This document shows positions 12,861 to 24,700 of a DNA stretch of 64,000 nucleotides, in pieces; position 1 is the stretch's first letter; every line of letters begins with the position of its first letter. Both the position numbers and the translations under genes were made by a program. Under the pieces are notes generated by a model. That model was given only the letters and a program-made list of their open reading frames with translations, had not been told where the DNA came from and did not search any database. Origin of the DNA: Balanoglossus misakiensis (taxonomy: Eukaryota; Animalia; Hemichordata). The stretch is taken from positions 5,109,808 through 5,173,807 of the forward strand of contig CM082585.2 of NCBI GenBank assembly GCA_040954595.2, read 5' to 3'.

Positions 12861-13542
12861 TAACAATGGACTTAAGACAGCTGTGGCTTTCCATAGAGTC
12901 CAGCGACCTTCTTGCAATGACATGTTGCATGCCTGGCAGGCGAAGATGGTGAAAGTGTATTGGAGTTTATTTTAGGTTGGACCGGCTTCCTCTGGTGAAA
13001 CCAATAAAACAGCATAATTGCTAGGTGAAACTGAAACACAACAAACTGTGTACTTGACTACCAAACGGGCGAGTGTCCCGAACAAGGTTGTCACAAACCG
13101 AAGTACAGCGTGAGAAAGTCTCGTCAAAGTTGAGACACTTTGAAAAAAAATGAGACAGTCGATCACGTGACCGGAGGGAGAAAATCACCGTAAAGTGATT
13201 GACATGACTCGATTTATACCAATGGATCATTCCCGACACGTGCATATGTCAAATCATCATCTTTGAAGCTAGCCAATATAATATCTACCGGCCAAAGTAG
13301 GCGAAATGCATTTTTGGCCTCCCTGTAAAAACATTTTTTTCCACTTCTGTAATGCAGAGACAAAAAACATCGACTGGCAGCACATTTCTCGAAACCTCTC
13401 CACCCCCTGGCATCAAATGGTCCACTCCTAGCTTGTTTCTGTTCCGGGTCAAGGGTCAGTAACCACACGTGTTGATCAATGATACAGTTGAGACGTGATA
13501 CACAAGCAGGCTTGTGTGATCGGTGATGTTTCCCGCGAAATC

Positions 13543-13682
13543 ATGGAAGAAATCAATCTTGACCGCTTCTCGGATGAGGTTCTGCTGATGGTGTTCCAGT
13601 ACCTTGAACCAAAAGACATTCTCAGCTTAGAGAATGTGTGCAAGAAGTTTAAACGATTGATAAATGATCGAGCGGTCGGAAG
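13543..13682 (+). CDS. FBXL18: F-box/LRR-repeat protein 18, exon 1 (F-box)
   Basis: MEEINLDRFSDEVLLMVFQYLEPKDILSLENVCKKFKRLIND is an F-box; GT at 13683, phase 2. Confidence 0.88.
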
Positions 13683-13975
13683 GTCAGTACCACATCACAT
13701 CACTTCGCTGCATGCAGTGCAGTAGCTCGGGGTTTGCCTTGTTGTTTGTGTTTTGGACGGCAAATCCAGAACTACAGAACCAACGATAGCCGCAGCGAAA
13801 GTACAGTGTGGGCCGAACACGTCACCGCGGAGTTCGCTCGCATTGGTTTTAGTCTTTCTGCCGATTCGCCTTTCGATCCAAGTTTTGCACCTGAACGTTT
13901 ATCACCAGTGTATCACAAGTTTTGCGTGTGTGTGTGGTCATTGGCCGTTATGTTGCGCAGACGCCGCCATCTTAA

Positions 13976-14206
13976 AGGAAGACGATCGTCTTATGCGCAT
14001 GGACGTAATTTCGTGTATTTTTGTATATTTGTCGACTTCTTTTGCTTCCTTCCATATTTCATGCGCACTGTATAAGTAGACTTTAGTCTTTTCCTGGTTT
14101 CCGTCACAGTCGCCGCCATCTTGTCTGTTGTTATGACAGCGCATTTTTTTTGTAACCAGAGCCTCTGGTTTGGCACAGACATGCGCAGAAAGACGATCAT
14201 GGCCCT
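13976..14206. mobile_element. TTAA-flanked MITE (Kolobok-like) in FBXL18 intron 1
   Basis: TTAA|AGGAAGACGATCGTCTTATGCGCAT ... ATGCGCAGAAAGACGATCATGGCCCT|TTAA. Confidence 0.6.
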
Positions 14207-14674
14207 TTAAAATGTATGTGAGCTCTCAGCGAATACTCAGAGAAAACTTGTGATACACTAATGGTCTCGCTAAATAGTGAAGTTTTAAAAAACAGTACTA
14301 GCTCTTTCTCATCTAATGAAGGCCATTTGTGTATCATCAAGTCCGAATCGAATGTGCTTCTTCGCAAGAAACTAGGTGATACACCAAACAGAAATACTGA
14401 AAATAACCGGAAGTTAAAGACCACTGGTTTTCCTTTAATGTAATTTCCTCCTGATTCTCGTCAAGTTTTGATTTCTTGGTTCGCTGCTCGATATGGATGG
14501 TTCTTCGAAAAGTAAAATAAAAAACACTTCAATTTTGCAAATCTGCCTTTTTGCATTGTCCAAAATCAGTAAAATTCGTTCTTTTTTTCGTTGTAGTGGG
14601 AAGAGCACTGAGACGAAGTGTAGTGCGCTTTTAAGAAATAAATATTTTAAGAAATAAATTATTTTTGTTTCCAG

Positions 14675-15497
14675 GATTGGTGATATGCGTTGGTGGGACG
14701 CCATGTCCAATCAACAGTTTGAAGACTTCTTAAAGGGTCATTCACAGTCTCTGCGGATTTTGAACCTGCACCAATGCTACTGGCTGAAACCCGCAACTCT
14801 GCGCAAGTATCTCGCACGCTGCCCCAACCTGCGGGAAGTCGATCTGTGCGGAGTCGAGATGTCGCCGAAGAGGCTGGCCGAGCTGTTGTCTAACGCCGTC
14901 AACTTGGAAAGCTTGGGGTGGCTGGACACGTGCAAGTCGAGCGAGGACGCTCGGCAGTTCGCCGGTCACTTCGTTGGCAGGAGCCGGGAAACCCTGCAGC
15001 GGTTGACCAAGTTGGAGCTGGTGTTCGGCGGCCGGGTCTCCCACCCGTCGCTGCTGCCGCTGTGTCGCGACCTGGAGATACTGCAGCTAGACGCCTTGCC
15101 CGGCTTCCAGCCCTACCCGTCCATGCTGCACCGGCACCACAACGAGGAGCTGCAGATAACCGGCCTCAAGAAGTTGCTGGTGTCCAAACTGTACGATCTG
15201 AACGACTGTCTGTGTCTGGTGTCCAAGATGGCGGAGAAGAACAGGCTGGTGGAATCTCCCGAAGCCATCGTCTTGCCCAGCCGGAGTGCCGTCTCGTTCA
15301 AGAAGTACCTTCACAACGTTCACACTCTCGGCTGTAACGGCGGCGATCTCATGGAACACGCTCAAACGTACCTGCAAAGCAAGATACGCGTGATACTTTG
15401 GAATTTGTTGAGCTTCGGAGATAAAGTTGTGAGAGACATTGCCAAGGGATGTCCGCAGTTGGAGGGGCTGTCCATACAGCACTCTCAGTTTGCATCT
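14675..15497 (+). CDS. FBXL18: FBXL18 exon 2 (LRRs)
   Basis: LRILNLHQCYWL...CPNLREVDLCG...CPQLEGLSI; AG at 14673-14674, GTAAGT at 15498. Confidence 0.88.
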
Positions 15498-15505
15498 GTA
15501 AGTTA

Positions 15506-15701
15506 CTGTAAAACACTGTATTTTCGCGGGCAATTAATTTTCGCCAAATACGCGAGAGCCAAAATAGATAAGTTGCGTAAATTGTTTTTGAAGATAACGA
15601 TGCAGTGAATGAAATGAGAGGACGAGAAAATTAATACTCGCGAAACAGTGGCCTCTCGATATCGCGAAAAATTTAACTTGCGAAAATAAAGTGTTTTACA
15701 G
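15506..15701. mobile_element. TA-flanked MITE (Tc1/mariner-like)
   Basis: TA|CTGTAAAACACTGTATTTTCGC ... GCGAAAATAAAGTGTTTTACAG|TA. Confidence 0.8.
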
Positions 15702-15934
15702 TATTGTTTGTTTTGTTTTGTTGATATGCAAAGCAACATGCTATGTTGCGTAAATCAGGTGGTGTGCGTCTTGAACACCGCCCTCAAGTGGCTGCTAAAT
15801 TGACCAATCAGAACGCGGCATTCAAGAAATAGACTTGTCACTTCAGTGCACGTCTTGTCGACGATAAAGGCTAGAAAAATTCAGTAGTGACACCCATAAA
15901 AGTTGTTGAAAGTGACATTTCTGTATTCCTACAG

Positions 15935-16097
15935 GGTGAAGGTATGAGTGCGTTCCGATTTCTCGGTGAAAGCTGCCTCAGACTGACCCAGTTGAACTTG
16001 AGTGGATGCTGTTTCCATATCAACACTGGCACACTCGGGAGACAAGGGATGATGAACTATACCAAAGATCTGGTTGCAGCTATAACAACCATGAAAG
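15935..16097 (+). CDS. FBXL18: FBXL18 exon 3
   Basis: CLRLTQLNLSGCCFH; phase-consistent AG/GT. Confidence 0.85.
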
Positions 16098-16108
16098 GTA
16101 AATTTATA

Positions 16109-16326
16109 CTGTAAATTATTTTTATGTATGTTATTTTCACAAGCAATAAATTTTCACAAAATAAGCAAAAGCCAAAAAAACGTGAAAATAAAAAGTCGCG
16201 TAAAATGTTTTTCAGAGATAACAATGCAGCAAATGAAATAAGAGAACGCGAAAATTAATCCTCACGTAAAAGTTGCCTCTTTGATATCAAGAAAATTTCC
16301 TGACACGAAAATAACCTGTTTTACAA
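16109..16326. mobile_element. Older copy of the same TA MITE family
   Basis: TA|CTGTAAA ... TTTTACAA|TA; shares the internal GATAAC.ATGCAG..AATGAAAT.AGAG.ACG.GAAAATTAAT with 15506-15701. Confidence 0.65.
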
Positions 16327-16705
16327 TACTTGTGTCCTGCTTATCGTAAATGTATGCATTGTTCACTTCTGCGCCATGTTAATGTGTGACCCATCCATCG
16401 CCATGGTTCAGTCCAAACCCATTGTTTTCTATGGTGAAGTTTGACCTCTATAGAGGGAATTGCCAAATAAACTTTTAGAATTAAAATGGGAAAAAAATAA
16501 TAATAGTCAAATCATCGTTTGCGAAAATTTCCCGTTTTCCAGTAAGTACTGGGATGTAATGAATAATGTCAATGGGGTTGAAATAAAAATCGCTTCAAAA
16601 TTCAGCTATTCTGATTATAGTATCACCTTTTCCTCATGGACTCTAAAACATGGCATATGTGTTATAGAAATCCTAAGTACTATTTTTTGGTCATTCCCTG
16701 TATAG

Positions 16706-16839
16706 GTTTGAAATCACTGGCCCTGCCAGTGTGTATGTTCAACCAAGGTGCACCTGCCAGTACAAATGGAAACGCAAACCGAAGTTCAGGGTCATCAAAT
16801 CGCGGTGCTGTGCCGAAGAGACCGGTTGGAGTAGTGAGG
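16706..16839 (+). CDS. FBXL18: FBXL18 exon 4
   Basis: GLKSLALPVC...; GTGAGT donor at 16840. Confidence 0.82.
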
Positions 16840-17045
16840 GTGAGTCAAGAGTATTGATCAATGCAGTGTTATTCATGGGGGGGGGGGGGGGGGGGGAGAG
16901 CCATGTCAAGACAGTAAAAAATATGTTTCAGAAGAAAAAGTGTCAAATACGTATTTTAAGGGACTTGACACTCTAAACAGATATGACACCCAGTAGCTTT
17001 AGGGTTTTTAATAATATGCAGCATTGCTTTCCTATTTTTTTCCAG

Positions 17046-17146
17046 GAACCAGACACGCCTTCTGATGGTCTCCTGTCTGATGTAGTCAATGGATGCCCTG
17101 AGATGGAGGAATTTGAACTGATACATGACAGCAGTCCTTTCTGTGT
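17046..17146 (+). CDS. FBXL18: FBXL18 exon 5
   Basis: EPDTPSDGLLSDVVNGCPEMEEFELIH; GTAAGT donor at 17147. Confidence 0.82.
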
Positions 17147-17544
17147 GTAAGTCTACTTACAACCTTCAGTGTTTTTGCTAAGGTTGGGGAACATTGGAAA
17201 ATGATTTTTGAACCCTGGTAATACTTCTGTTACTGATAATTTAGCTGCAATGATACATCGGGGGAACCTAGGTAAAATGACTGGGGAACCCTCTGGTAAC
17301 ATTTACCTGGGTGCCGCCCTTCTGCAATATGGCTCTGATTATATGTTCCTGGGGATATATTGTTTTAAGTACATGAATAATGTTTTGATTTTAATGTGTT
17401 TTTAATTCAGAAAACTCTGCATTTTCGGATGAATTGAGAGAAGAACATAAAATTGTCAGACCCGTATCAAAGATGATCAAAAAACAGCCAAAAGTTACAG
17501 ATCGTGGCCTTTGAATATTCATGCAGGCTTCTTTTTCATTACAG

Positions 17545-17796
17545 CTATGGGAGATCTTCTGCACTGCCAGGAATCACAGACCAAGATCTGGTGGCAATTT
17601 CAAGATGGCCGAAGCTGTGCAGGCTAACTCTCAACGGGTTACTGGCCGTCCGACTCGGCAGTCTGGTTACTATAGCGAAGAAGTGCCAGGAACTGACATC
17701 TCTGTCGTTGGCTAACATTGGTCCACGAGCACACGCTGTTTTTGCAGAGGCTCTGAATGAAGCACTTCCACATTTGAAGAACCTGAAGGACATCAG
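17545..17796 (+). CDS. FBXL18: FBXL18 exon 6
   Basis: ITDQDLVAISRWPKLCRLTL...CQELTSLSLANIG...LKNLKDIR. Confidence 0.88.
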
Positions 17797-18134
17797 GTAG
17801 TGTATTGATAATTGTTCACACAGGGACCATTGAAACGTTTCTGAAACGTCTCAACTTAAAAACTGACATAAAATGAAATGGCTTTGCAGGCCAGACCTGA
17901 GCTGGTGTAGAGGATTATAAACACATCTTTGCAACTCTGTCTATGGGGCCGAGCATCAGGGTCTTTGCTTAAGTGTGTGGGTGTGGACACAAAGGATCTG
18001 GGTTTACAAATGGCATATAGTGTCTCTGAAATGTTCTAGTGTGAACATGGTATGTGTATAGAAATTTTGAGTCACACACAGACAGACACCCTGCTGGAAG
18101 ACAACCTGATTCAAATCAGCTGGAGAGATTAGTA

Positions 18135-18306
18135 CTGTCAAACGGGAAATTTTTCGCAATATCAAAAGAGGCAACTGTTACACGACGATTAATTTTCGAA
18201 TTCTTGTATTTCACTTACTGCATTGATGGCCATATTTTATGAATAGCTATACAATTTTTAATTCAGCAATTAGAAAATAACCTCAAAATGTCAACCTTAA
18301 ATACAG
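18135..18306. mobile_element. Degenerate inverted copy of the same TA MITE family
   Basis: TTTTTCGCAATATCAAAAGAGGCAACTGTT...TTAATTTTCG is the reverse complement of the internal segment of 15506-15701. Confidence 0.5.
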
Positions 18307-18346
18307 GTTAGCTAGTCTGACATTGGTTCTCGTTATTCTGTTTCAG

Positions 18347-18445
18347 AATACAGCAAGATACGTTCAACTGCACAGAGGTGTTCTGGGATGCGCTGGGCCA
18401 ATGTCGCAAGCTCCAGAGATTGTGTGTGATCACTAACAAGGGAAG
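18347..18445 (+). CDS. FBXL18: FBXL18 exon 7
   Basis: RIQQDTF...FWDALGQCRKLQRLCVITNKG parallels vertebrate FBXL18 RLEQPYF...FFQALSQCPSLQRLCLVSRSG (recalled sequence). Confidence 0.85.
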
Positions 18446-18760
18446 GTAAAGACACCTTTTATCATTCCAGTGTTCTGAATACTTTGATTTTCTCACAAAT
18501 TTATTTTTTTTACCAAAAAATTCGACTTAATTTTTCACAGATTTATTTTTCCCCAAAAAAATCAGCCGAATTTTACACTGATTACACAATTTTGGGAAGG
18601 TGTGGTGCAAATTATAGGGTTACAAAGTCAAACAAAATTTCCAGTGTCTCATTTAAAAACCTCTAAATATTATTTTCGGACTGTGTAATTCTGAAATTAG
18701 TTCAGAACGTTTTTCTAACATTACCATATTTAGTTGATGAAAAAATGTCTCTGTTTGCAG

Positions 18761-18880
18761 TTGTTCTTTTGAAGGACTGGTGAGACTCTTCTCAACTTGT
18801 GAAAAGTTAGTTGTCTGTTTGGTACAGTGTGACAAAACTCAGAAAGAATGTAGAGCTCTCATGAATAAAATCAAGAACAG
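18761..18880 (+). CDS. FBXL18: FBXL18 exon 8
   Basis: SCSFEGLVRLFSTCEKLVVCLV...CRALMNKIKNR; GTGAGT donor at 18881. Confidence 0.85.
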
Positions 18881-18920
18881 GTGAGTATATCTATGATATT
18901 ACTGGTATTACCGGTATTAA

Positions 18921-19425
18921 AGGCACGTAAGCTGTAACTTTGGGGATAATTTTCATAATTTTTGTTTCACACTGCACTACCATTAGTCCATGCAGATGAA
19001 GGCAGTGAACTATACACAAGCATTATAAACCCTAAATTTGAGTGCATATGCAAGTTTTAACCAGATAAATAATAAAGCTTTGCCGCAAGTGATTATGGCC
19101 GCCACCGTGGGAAAATGAAAGAAACAATGAAAATGTCGCATTTCCGGTTGTGAAACTTCATAAACAAAACATGATCTCATCCACTTGAGCTCATGAAAGT
19201 AAATGTACACCACTGAGACATCAGATTTTCATTTTTCATTGCAATATTGCACTTTTTTTAAAAATTTCAGGAATTTTCGTTTTTCTTTAATTTTTGGCCA
19301 TTTTGTCATAAATAAGTGTTGAGCTTGATATATTATCATGAAATAGCATTTAATAGATATAATTAAAAGCATATATGAGATTATTTAAAACATTGATTTT
19401 TTATCCAGTTGCAGCTTACGTGCCT
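18921..19425. mobile_element. TTAA-flanked MITE (Kolobok-like) in FBXL18 intron 8
   Basis: TTAA|AGGCACGTAAGCTGTAACT ... AGTTGCAGCTTACGTGCCT|TTAA. Confidence 0.85.
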
Positions 19426-19654
19426 TTAAGCTATTTAATTTTAACTCGCTGTTGCGTGTACACCGAGAACAGCCAAGACGGAGAACAAAACAGCCAAAGA
19501 CAGCTCACAGCGCCTAACTCTACATCAAATTTTAATCAGATTGCATGGTAGTGTGAACTGATATGATTAAAAATTTGTTGTGATTATAGCTTTGCTGAAG
19601 ACTGGTCTTTCATTATAACGACCGTGTGCTTCTGCTTGTGGTTGTGTCTTACAG

Positions 19655-19892
19655 GTACTCGAAGCAGAGGCCAGCGCTCTGTGTGGTCGTCTGTCCCGTC
19701 AGACAACGAAACGACCAATGGCTGTCGCTGGTGCGCTTCCGTGGCGAGAACACCGCCTTCCGCACCATCCCCAAGTCTCACTACGAGAGCTTCTTCCAGC
19801 TGCAGAGTCACGTCATGAGAGAGGAGTCGGCTCCCATCCACACCCTGCACGTGACGTCTGACGAAAACCGGAACCACGACGGAGCTGTGTAG
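19655..19892 (+). CDS. FBXL18: FBXL18 exon 9 (stop TAG; spliced protein about 689 aa)
   Basis: YSKQRPALCVVVCP matches the FBXL18 C-terminal RPALxVVxxP motif. Confidence 0.88.
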
Positions 19893-20000
19893 GTCATCTC
19901 TGCGAGTCACTGATGATCATTGTAAAAGCTGCAAGTGAAGAAGACACCAATCTTGGTGTGTGTGCCATCTGTGCCAAAGGTTGAAATCCCCCATGTGAAT

Positions 20001-20171
20001 ACACCCGTTTTATAAGTCTAGCGCCCTCACAAGGCCATCATGAATTTGAACTCAAAGCGAGGCCAATAGGGAAAGATGACCAATCACATCAAGGGGATTT
20101 CCTAATTGGCCTCGCTTTGAGTTCAAATTCATAATGGCCGTGTGAGGGCGCTAGACTTATGAAAAGGGTGT
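20001..20171. mobile_element. Hairpin MITE about 110 bp after the FBXL18 stop codon
   Basis: About 66-bp near-perfect inverted arms (ACACCCGTTTTATAAGTCTAGCGCCCTCACA...CTCAAAGCGAGGCCAAT and its reverse complement) around a loop of about 35-40 bp. Confidence 0.8.
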
Positions 20172-20483
20172 GTAGCTTCACATTTTGGGGTTGCTGCATC
20201 TCAGAGTTTTATACCTTGTTAACTTTGACTACATTTACCTGTTATGTGCCATGCACTGGTTTGCAGGCATTTCATCAAGAAATCGACGATATTATTGTTT
20301 TCTAATCATGTTATGTTCTTGTTATTCAGTGTGAGATCTGATCTCGATCATGTGAAATGAAGAGGTGTTTGTAAGGTTTCTTCTGATTGGCCAGTTCCTT
20401 GAAAAAAACTCACTCTTGCACGAGTGATGTAACGTGTAAGAAAGATAGACTTTTCTAAGAGATGATCATATTCAGACTATTAA

Positions 20484-20806
20484 AGGGACAAAGTCTCTCT
20501 CTCTCTCGCTGCCCTTTTTCCATTAATTATATTTGATACAAGGCACCGTTTATGTTATTCTACATGTGGATATATAGTTAATCATCATTCAACCACACAC
20601 AACTCCCCTCTTGTTTGTAAGATATGAGAGTAAAAATCTCGCCAAAATGCATCAACAGTAGAGACCGATTATTCATTTTGGCGAGTTTTTCACTTTTGTG
20701 TCTACAAGTGGGATGGAAGTTGTGTGTGGTCGAACGATGATTAACTATATATCCACATGTAGAATAACATTAATGGTAAGGTCAGTAAGAGAGAGACTTT
20801 GTCCCT
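20484..20806. mobile_element. TTAA-flanked MITE (Kolobok-like)
   Basis: TTAA|AGGGACAAAGTCTCTCTCT ... AGAGAGAGACTTTGTCCCT|TTAA. Confidence 0.85.
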
Positions 20807-21039
20807 TTAAAAGATGTTATATGCAAGGCCAGCTAAACACTCTGTTGTTGACTGCAACAAAGTCGACATGGAAATTGACTTCAGTCACTATGACGATGAC
20901 AGCAGAGATAAGATTGGGACAATGTGCAGCTCCTTGGGAGGCCTGTACTCTCTGCATTGTAGCAATGACTTCCCCGAAGAAGCCTTACCAAAACCAACTT
21001 CTTGTGATCCCCACACTTCAGTTCATAAGATTCAGTATT

Positions 21040-21735
21040 TTGTTAGTTCAAGAAGATCATGTGTTTTATTTACAAAGACTTCACAGCAAATGTGAAACAT
21101 AATCCAAATCATGTGTTGCAATATTGTGATTACAATCACAGGTAGATATAGGATTGTTCTTTCCTGTTTTATTTATTTTGTTGCTATCGGCTACACAGTA
21201 GATCTTGTTTGCCAAAAGTGAACGATGTTATTTTTTATTTACAAAGACTTCACTGCAAATGTGAAACTTAATCCAAATCATGTGTTGCAATATTGTGATT
21301 ATAATCAGAGGTAGATATAGGATTGTTCTTTCCTGTTTTATTTATTTCGTTGCTATCGGCTACACGGTACAGAACTTGTTTGCCAAAAGTGAACAATGTT
21401 ACTTTTTATTTATACAGAGACTTCACAGTGAAGGTGAACTTAATCCAAATCATGAGTTGCAATATTGTGATTATAATCAGAGGTAGATATAGGATGTTTT
21501 TACTGTTTATCCATTTTTGGCTATCATCTACAACCCTTGCATTTCTACATGTAGAAATACACGTAGAGATCTTGTTTGCAAGAAATGTACGGTGCTATGT
21601 TTTATTTACAAAGACTTCACAGCGAATGTGAACTTAATCCAAATCATGAGTTGCAATATTGTGATTACAATCAGAGGTAGAAATAGGATTGTTGTTTTCC
21701 TGTTAATTTATTCATTTTGTTGCTTTCGTTTCTAA
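21040..21735 (+). repeat. Tandem repeat, four units of about 170-195 bp
   Basis: TTTATTTACAAAGACTTCAC...AATCCAAATCATG.GTTGCAATATTGTGATTA recurs near 21065, 21234, 21405 and 21601. Confidence 0.85.
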
Positions 21736-24700
21736 AACTTCTTCATGAGGAACTATGCCGTAAAGAATCTTGGTTACCAGAAGTTAACTCAACCAATCAG
21801 GAAGCAGTATACACATATTGACTGGCCATGAGGGCAATAGCATACGTCTGTAACCCGAGGGACTGTGAATCACCCCTCAAAAGAGAGGCTGAAGGTTTCC
21901 TGAGGCTGAAGGTTTTCGGTTGGGTTAGTGACTCACAATTTCGAGGGGTAAAGACGTATGCTGTTGCCTGAAAAGCCAGTCAATTTGTGCTTTGTAACAC
22001 ACTTTATCCGCAGTCATGCATAAGAACTCACCATAAACAAAGTGAGCGGGCATCATTTTTTGGAACTGATGCCCGACAGGCAACAGCACAAAAAGAACGC
22101 ACACCACATGACTAGCAAATGACGAATGAGATCAATGACTGCGGATGACGTGTGTTACAATTTTCTCTGCATACTGGGAGTTGACTGCTCAGGGACACAT
22201 GTTGGCTTGTCACATGAACACAGCCTTTTCCTCAAGCTTTGGGAATCACACCATTTTGGGGTGATTCAAAGCTTAGATTTGGACACTTTTGATATGTGTT
22301 TTGTAACACAATTACGCACAGACTTTATCTTTCAAACAATAAACATTCCATAGTTGTGTTAATTCATTCCAACAACAAGCCTTCACTCGATCCTTTTTTA
22401 GTATGGTGTGCTGCTGAGATATGAAGTTTACTGATGATGAGTGAAGAATTTCGTCATGTTTCGTGGCATATCTTCTGAGAAAGTGTCTGTGTGTGTGTGT
22501 ATCCAAGCTGGTGAGAGGCAGCTCAATAGGAAGCACTTTGATTAGTATAGTCTGACCAAAGCTGACTATTGGCTCAAATTATGGGGGGGGGGGAATTTGC
22601 ATATGACTCTAACTTCACTGCCAATTAGGCGCCCTCAGTGGCCAGATTGGCGCATCACTCTCCAATTGCTACTGATTCACACAAGGGAGGGGTACAGTTT
22701 TACTCTGGCAATAGTGTTGTTTTAGAACGTGTTGGTGATCTATGCTATAAACATCAAAACGGAGTAAGATTGCACAATGTTGGATAGCCAGCCAAGATAT
22801 ACATGAGATCCGTTTTTATATTCAAATCATGGAAAATACGTAAAAGGTTTTGTTCTGTCCTGGATCGTTTATATCGTGACTATTTGAAGTTCCGACTGCT
22901 CATGCCCAATACTAGTACTTTGCGCGATTTTGCCAGCGGCGGCCAGATAGAGAATATGACTTGCAAGTCGAGATTATTTATTTGTGACAAATACCACGTG
23001 GGTGTGGTCGTCCGTAGACTTTCGAGTAAGAATCAGCCTGAGGGGACAAGACTTAGAACCATCGAGTTTTACGAGAAGAACAGTTTTCACCTCGGGTCTC
23101 TGAACACTAACTATTCATTTTATTTGTGTTACCTGGTCACGCGTGGATTGCAATTAATTTAACTTATATTGTACTCAGTTATATTGTTTCACTACCACTA
23201 CGTGACCGTCCCATTAAATTTATTCATTAAATAAGGCTTTGTGATTTCATCAAAATCGTATTTGACGGACCTTTGTTGCGACCAGCGGATCTTGGCAGAA
23301 CTGTACCATCAGACTTAAAAAGGAAAACAACTTTTTTTACATTTGACGGAGGATCCCGTTTCGCTTCTTACCGCCTACCGAGGTCGCAAATAGCAAGAAT
23401 GACAGAGACACGAACCACAACATGATAAGTGAAGAGTACGATAGAAAGCACCAGACACATACATTCACCTGGCCTACGACGTTTAAGGCAATCCAACACG
23501 GAGCTGTGGTTTAAGGAATACGTCACTTCTACTTTGCTTATACAGATATAAGGTCAAAGGGCGTGTCTAAGTCTGATAATGACCAAATAGGGGTGAATTA
23601 TTTCGATTGGCTGCGCACCAACTGAAAATCTGTAATTGAGTAGTCTCAACTCGCAATGGTAACCATGGTGAAATTGGCACAGGTTACAATATACCTTTAA
23701 AGTGACTGAAAGAAACCATTTTACTACATGTACTATCAATTGTACACATTCAAAACAATTGTTCGACTTTGGAAGACTCTAACAGCCCGACATCCTCGAA
23801 ATGTTACGGTCAATTGATTGTATCGATCGACAGGTCGATTACAACAAGGCATTGTGTTAATAAACGCAAGTTTTCAACAATGGCAAATGGCAGTTTTGTT
23901 TACAACAATAATAAACGACATTCCTTGAAATAATGCTCCATGACAGGCCGTTTGCTCAGAGTTGTATGTTACTCACGGTGTGCCCCATACAACACACTAA
24001 GCCTAAGTTGTATGGGGGGGACGGGACGAACAACCGACAAAAGATACAAGACACGAAATCGGCTGGCGTATCTATCGTTATTTTATGCTTCAAAATCTGC
24101 CAGTAAATTACAGAAAATTACAGTCGGATTGATCCATCACAATTTCACATATAATCTAGTTTCATTAAATATGATGATGTAAAGATTTGTTGTTTGCCAA
24201 CAACTCGTCAGTCGCACGAGGACGACGAACTTGATATAAGGCAAAAGAATAATATGCGCTGTTTCGATTACATGGTTTTCAAAAATAGGGCAGGTATGTA
24301 GGGATTTTTTTTTATTTCGGACTTTTTCTTAATTTCTCAATGTGCATTCTGTATGAGTTCATACAAACTAGCAGTGAACAATTCCCCGATGAAACCATTA
24401 ATAAACCCTAGGGTCTGTCATTAAAGACATTCAACTTTAATAATATATATTTATAATCCACATTTTGCAATGTTGCATTTTATATCCACACTAACCCACA
24501 ATGAAACTATGGTTATAGAGAACGCTTTATATATTACTATGTCCGGTGTCCACTTTGTATTTAATTCAAACGAAACGCATCAAAATGAATCTTGGCACCT
24601 GTCCTTTGCCATTCCCACAGTATGCATGAGTAAATGATTGCGCGCACGTCGCCTTACAGGTGTTTTTACATTTTATCAAAGCGAACACACATCATTTCAC

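Larger units (their letters stand above)
9783..12896. mobile_element. Foldback-like element: long inverted arms containing a 21-bp minisatellite, candidate 4-bp TSD AGTC
   Basis: Left arm 9783-10265 and right arm 11871-12896 are reverse complements (outer end CTATGGAAAGCCACAGCTGTCTTAAG, inner end GAGGGCGCACTT); AGTC at 9779-9782 and 12897-12900. Confidence 0.75.

Noticed and set aside
11861-12952. 322-344 aa His/Tyr/Met-rich ORFs
   Set aside because: Open on both strands because the 21-bp repeat lacks stops; part of the foldback arm
13160-13472. Three CACGTG E-boxes upstream of FBXL18
   Set aside because: Short motif, TSS unknown; not enough to call regulatory sites
14742-15533. Overlapping alternative-frame and antisense ORFs in FBXL18 exon 2
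   Set aside because: Expected by-product of high GC content
21992-22160. Inverted repeat of about 25 bp (TGTAACACAC...GCAGTCAT)
   Set aside because: Real, but no TSD or second copy; function unsupported
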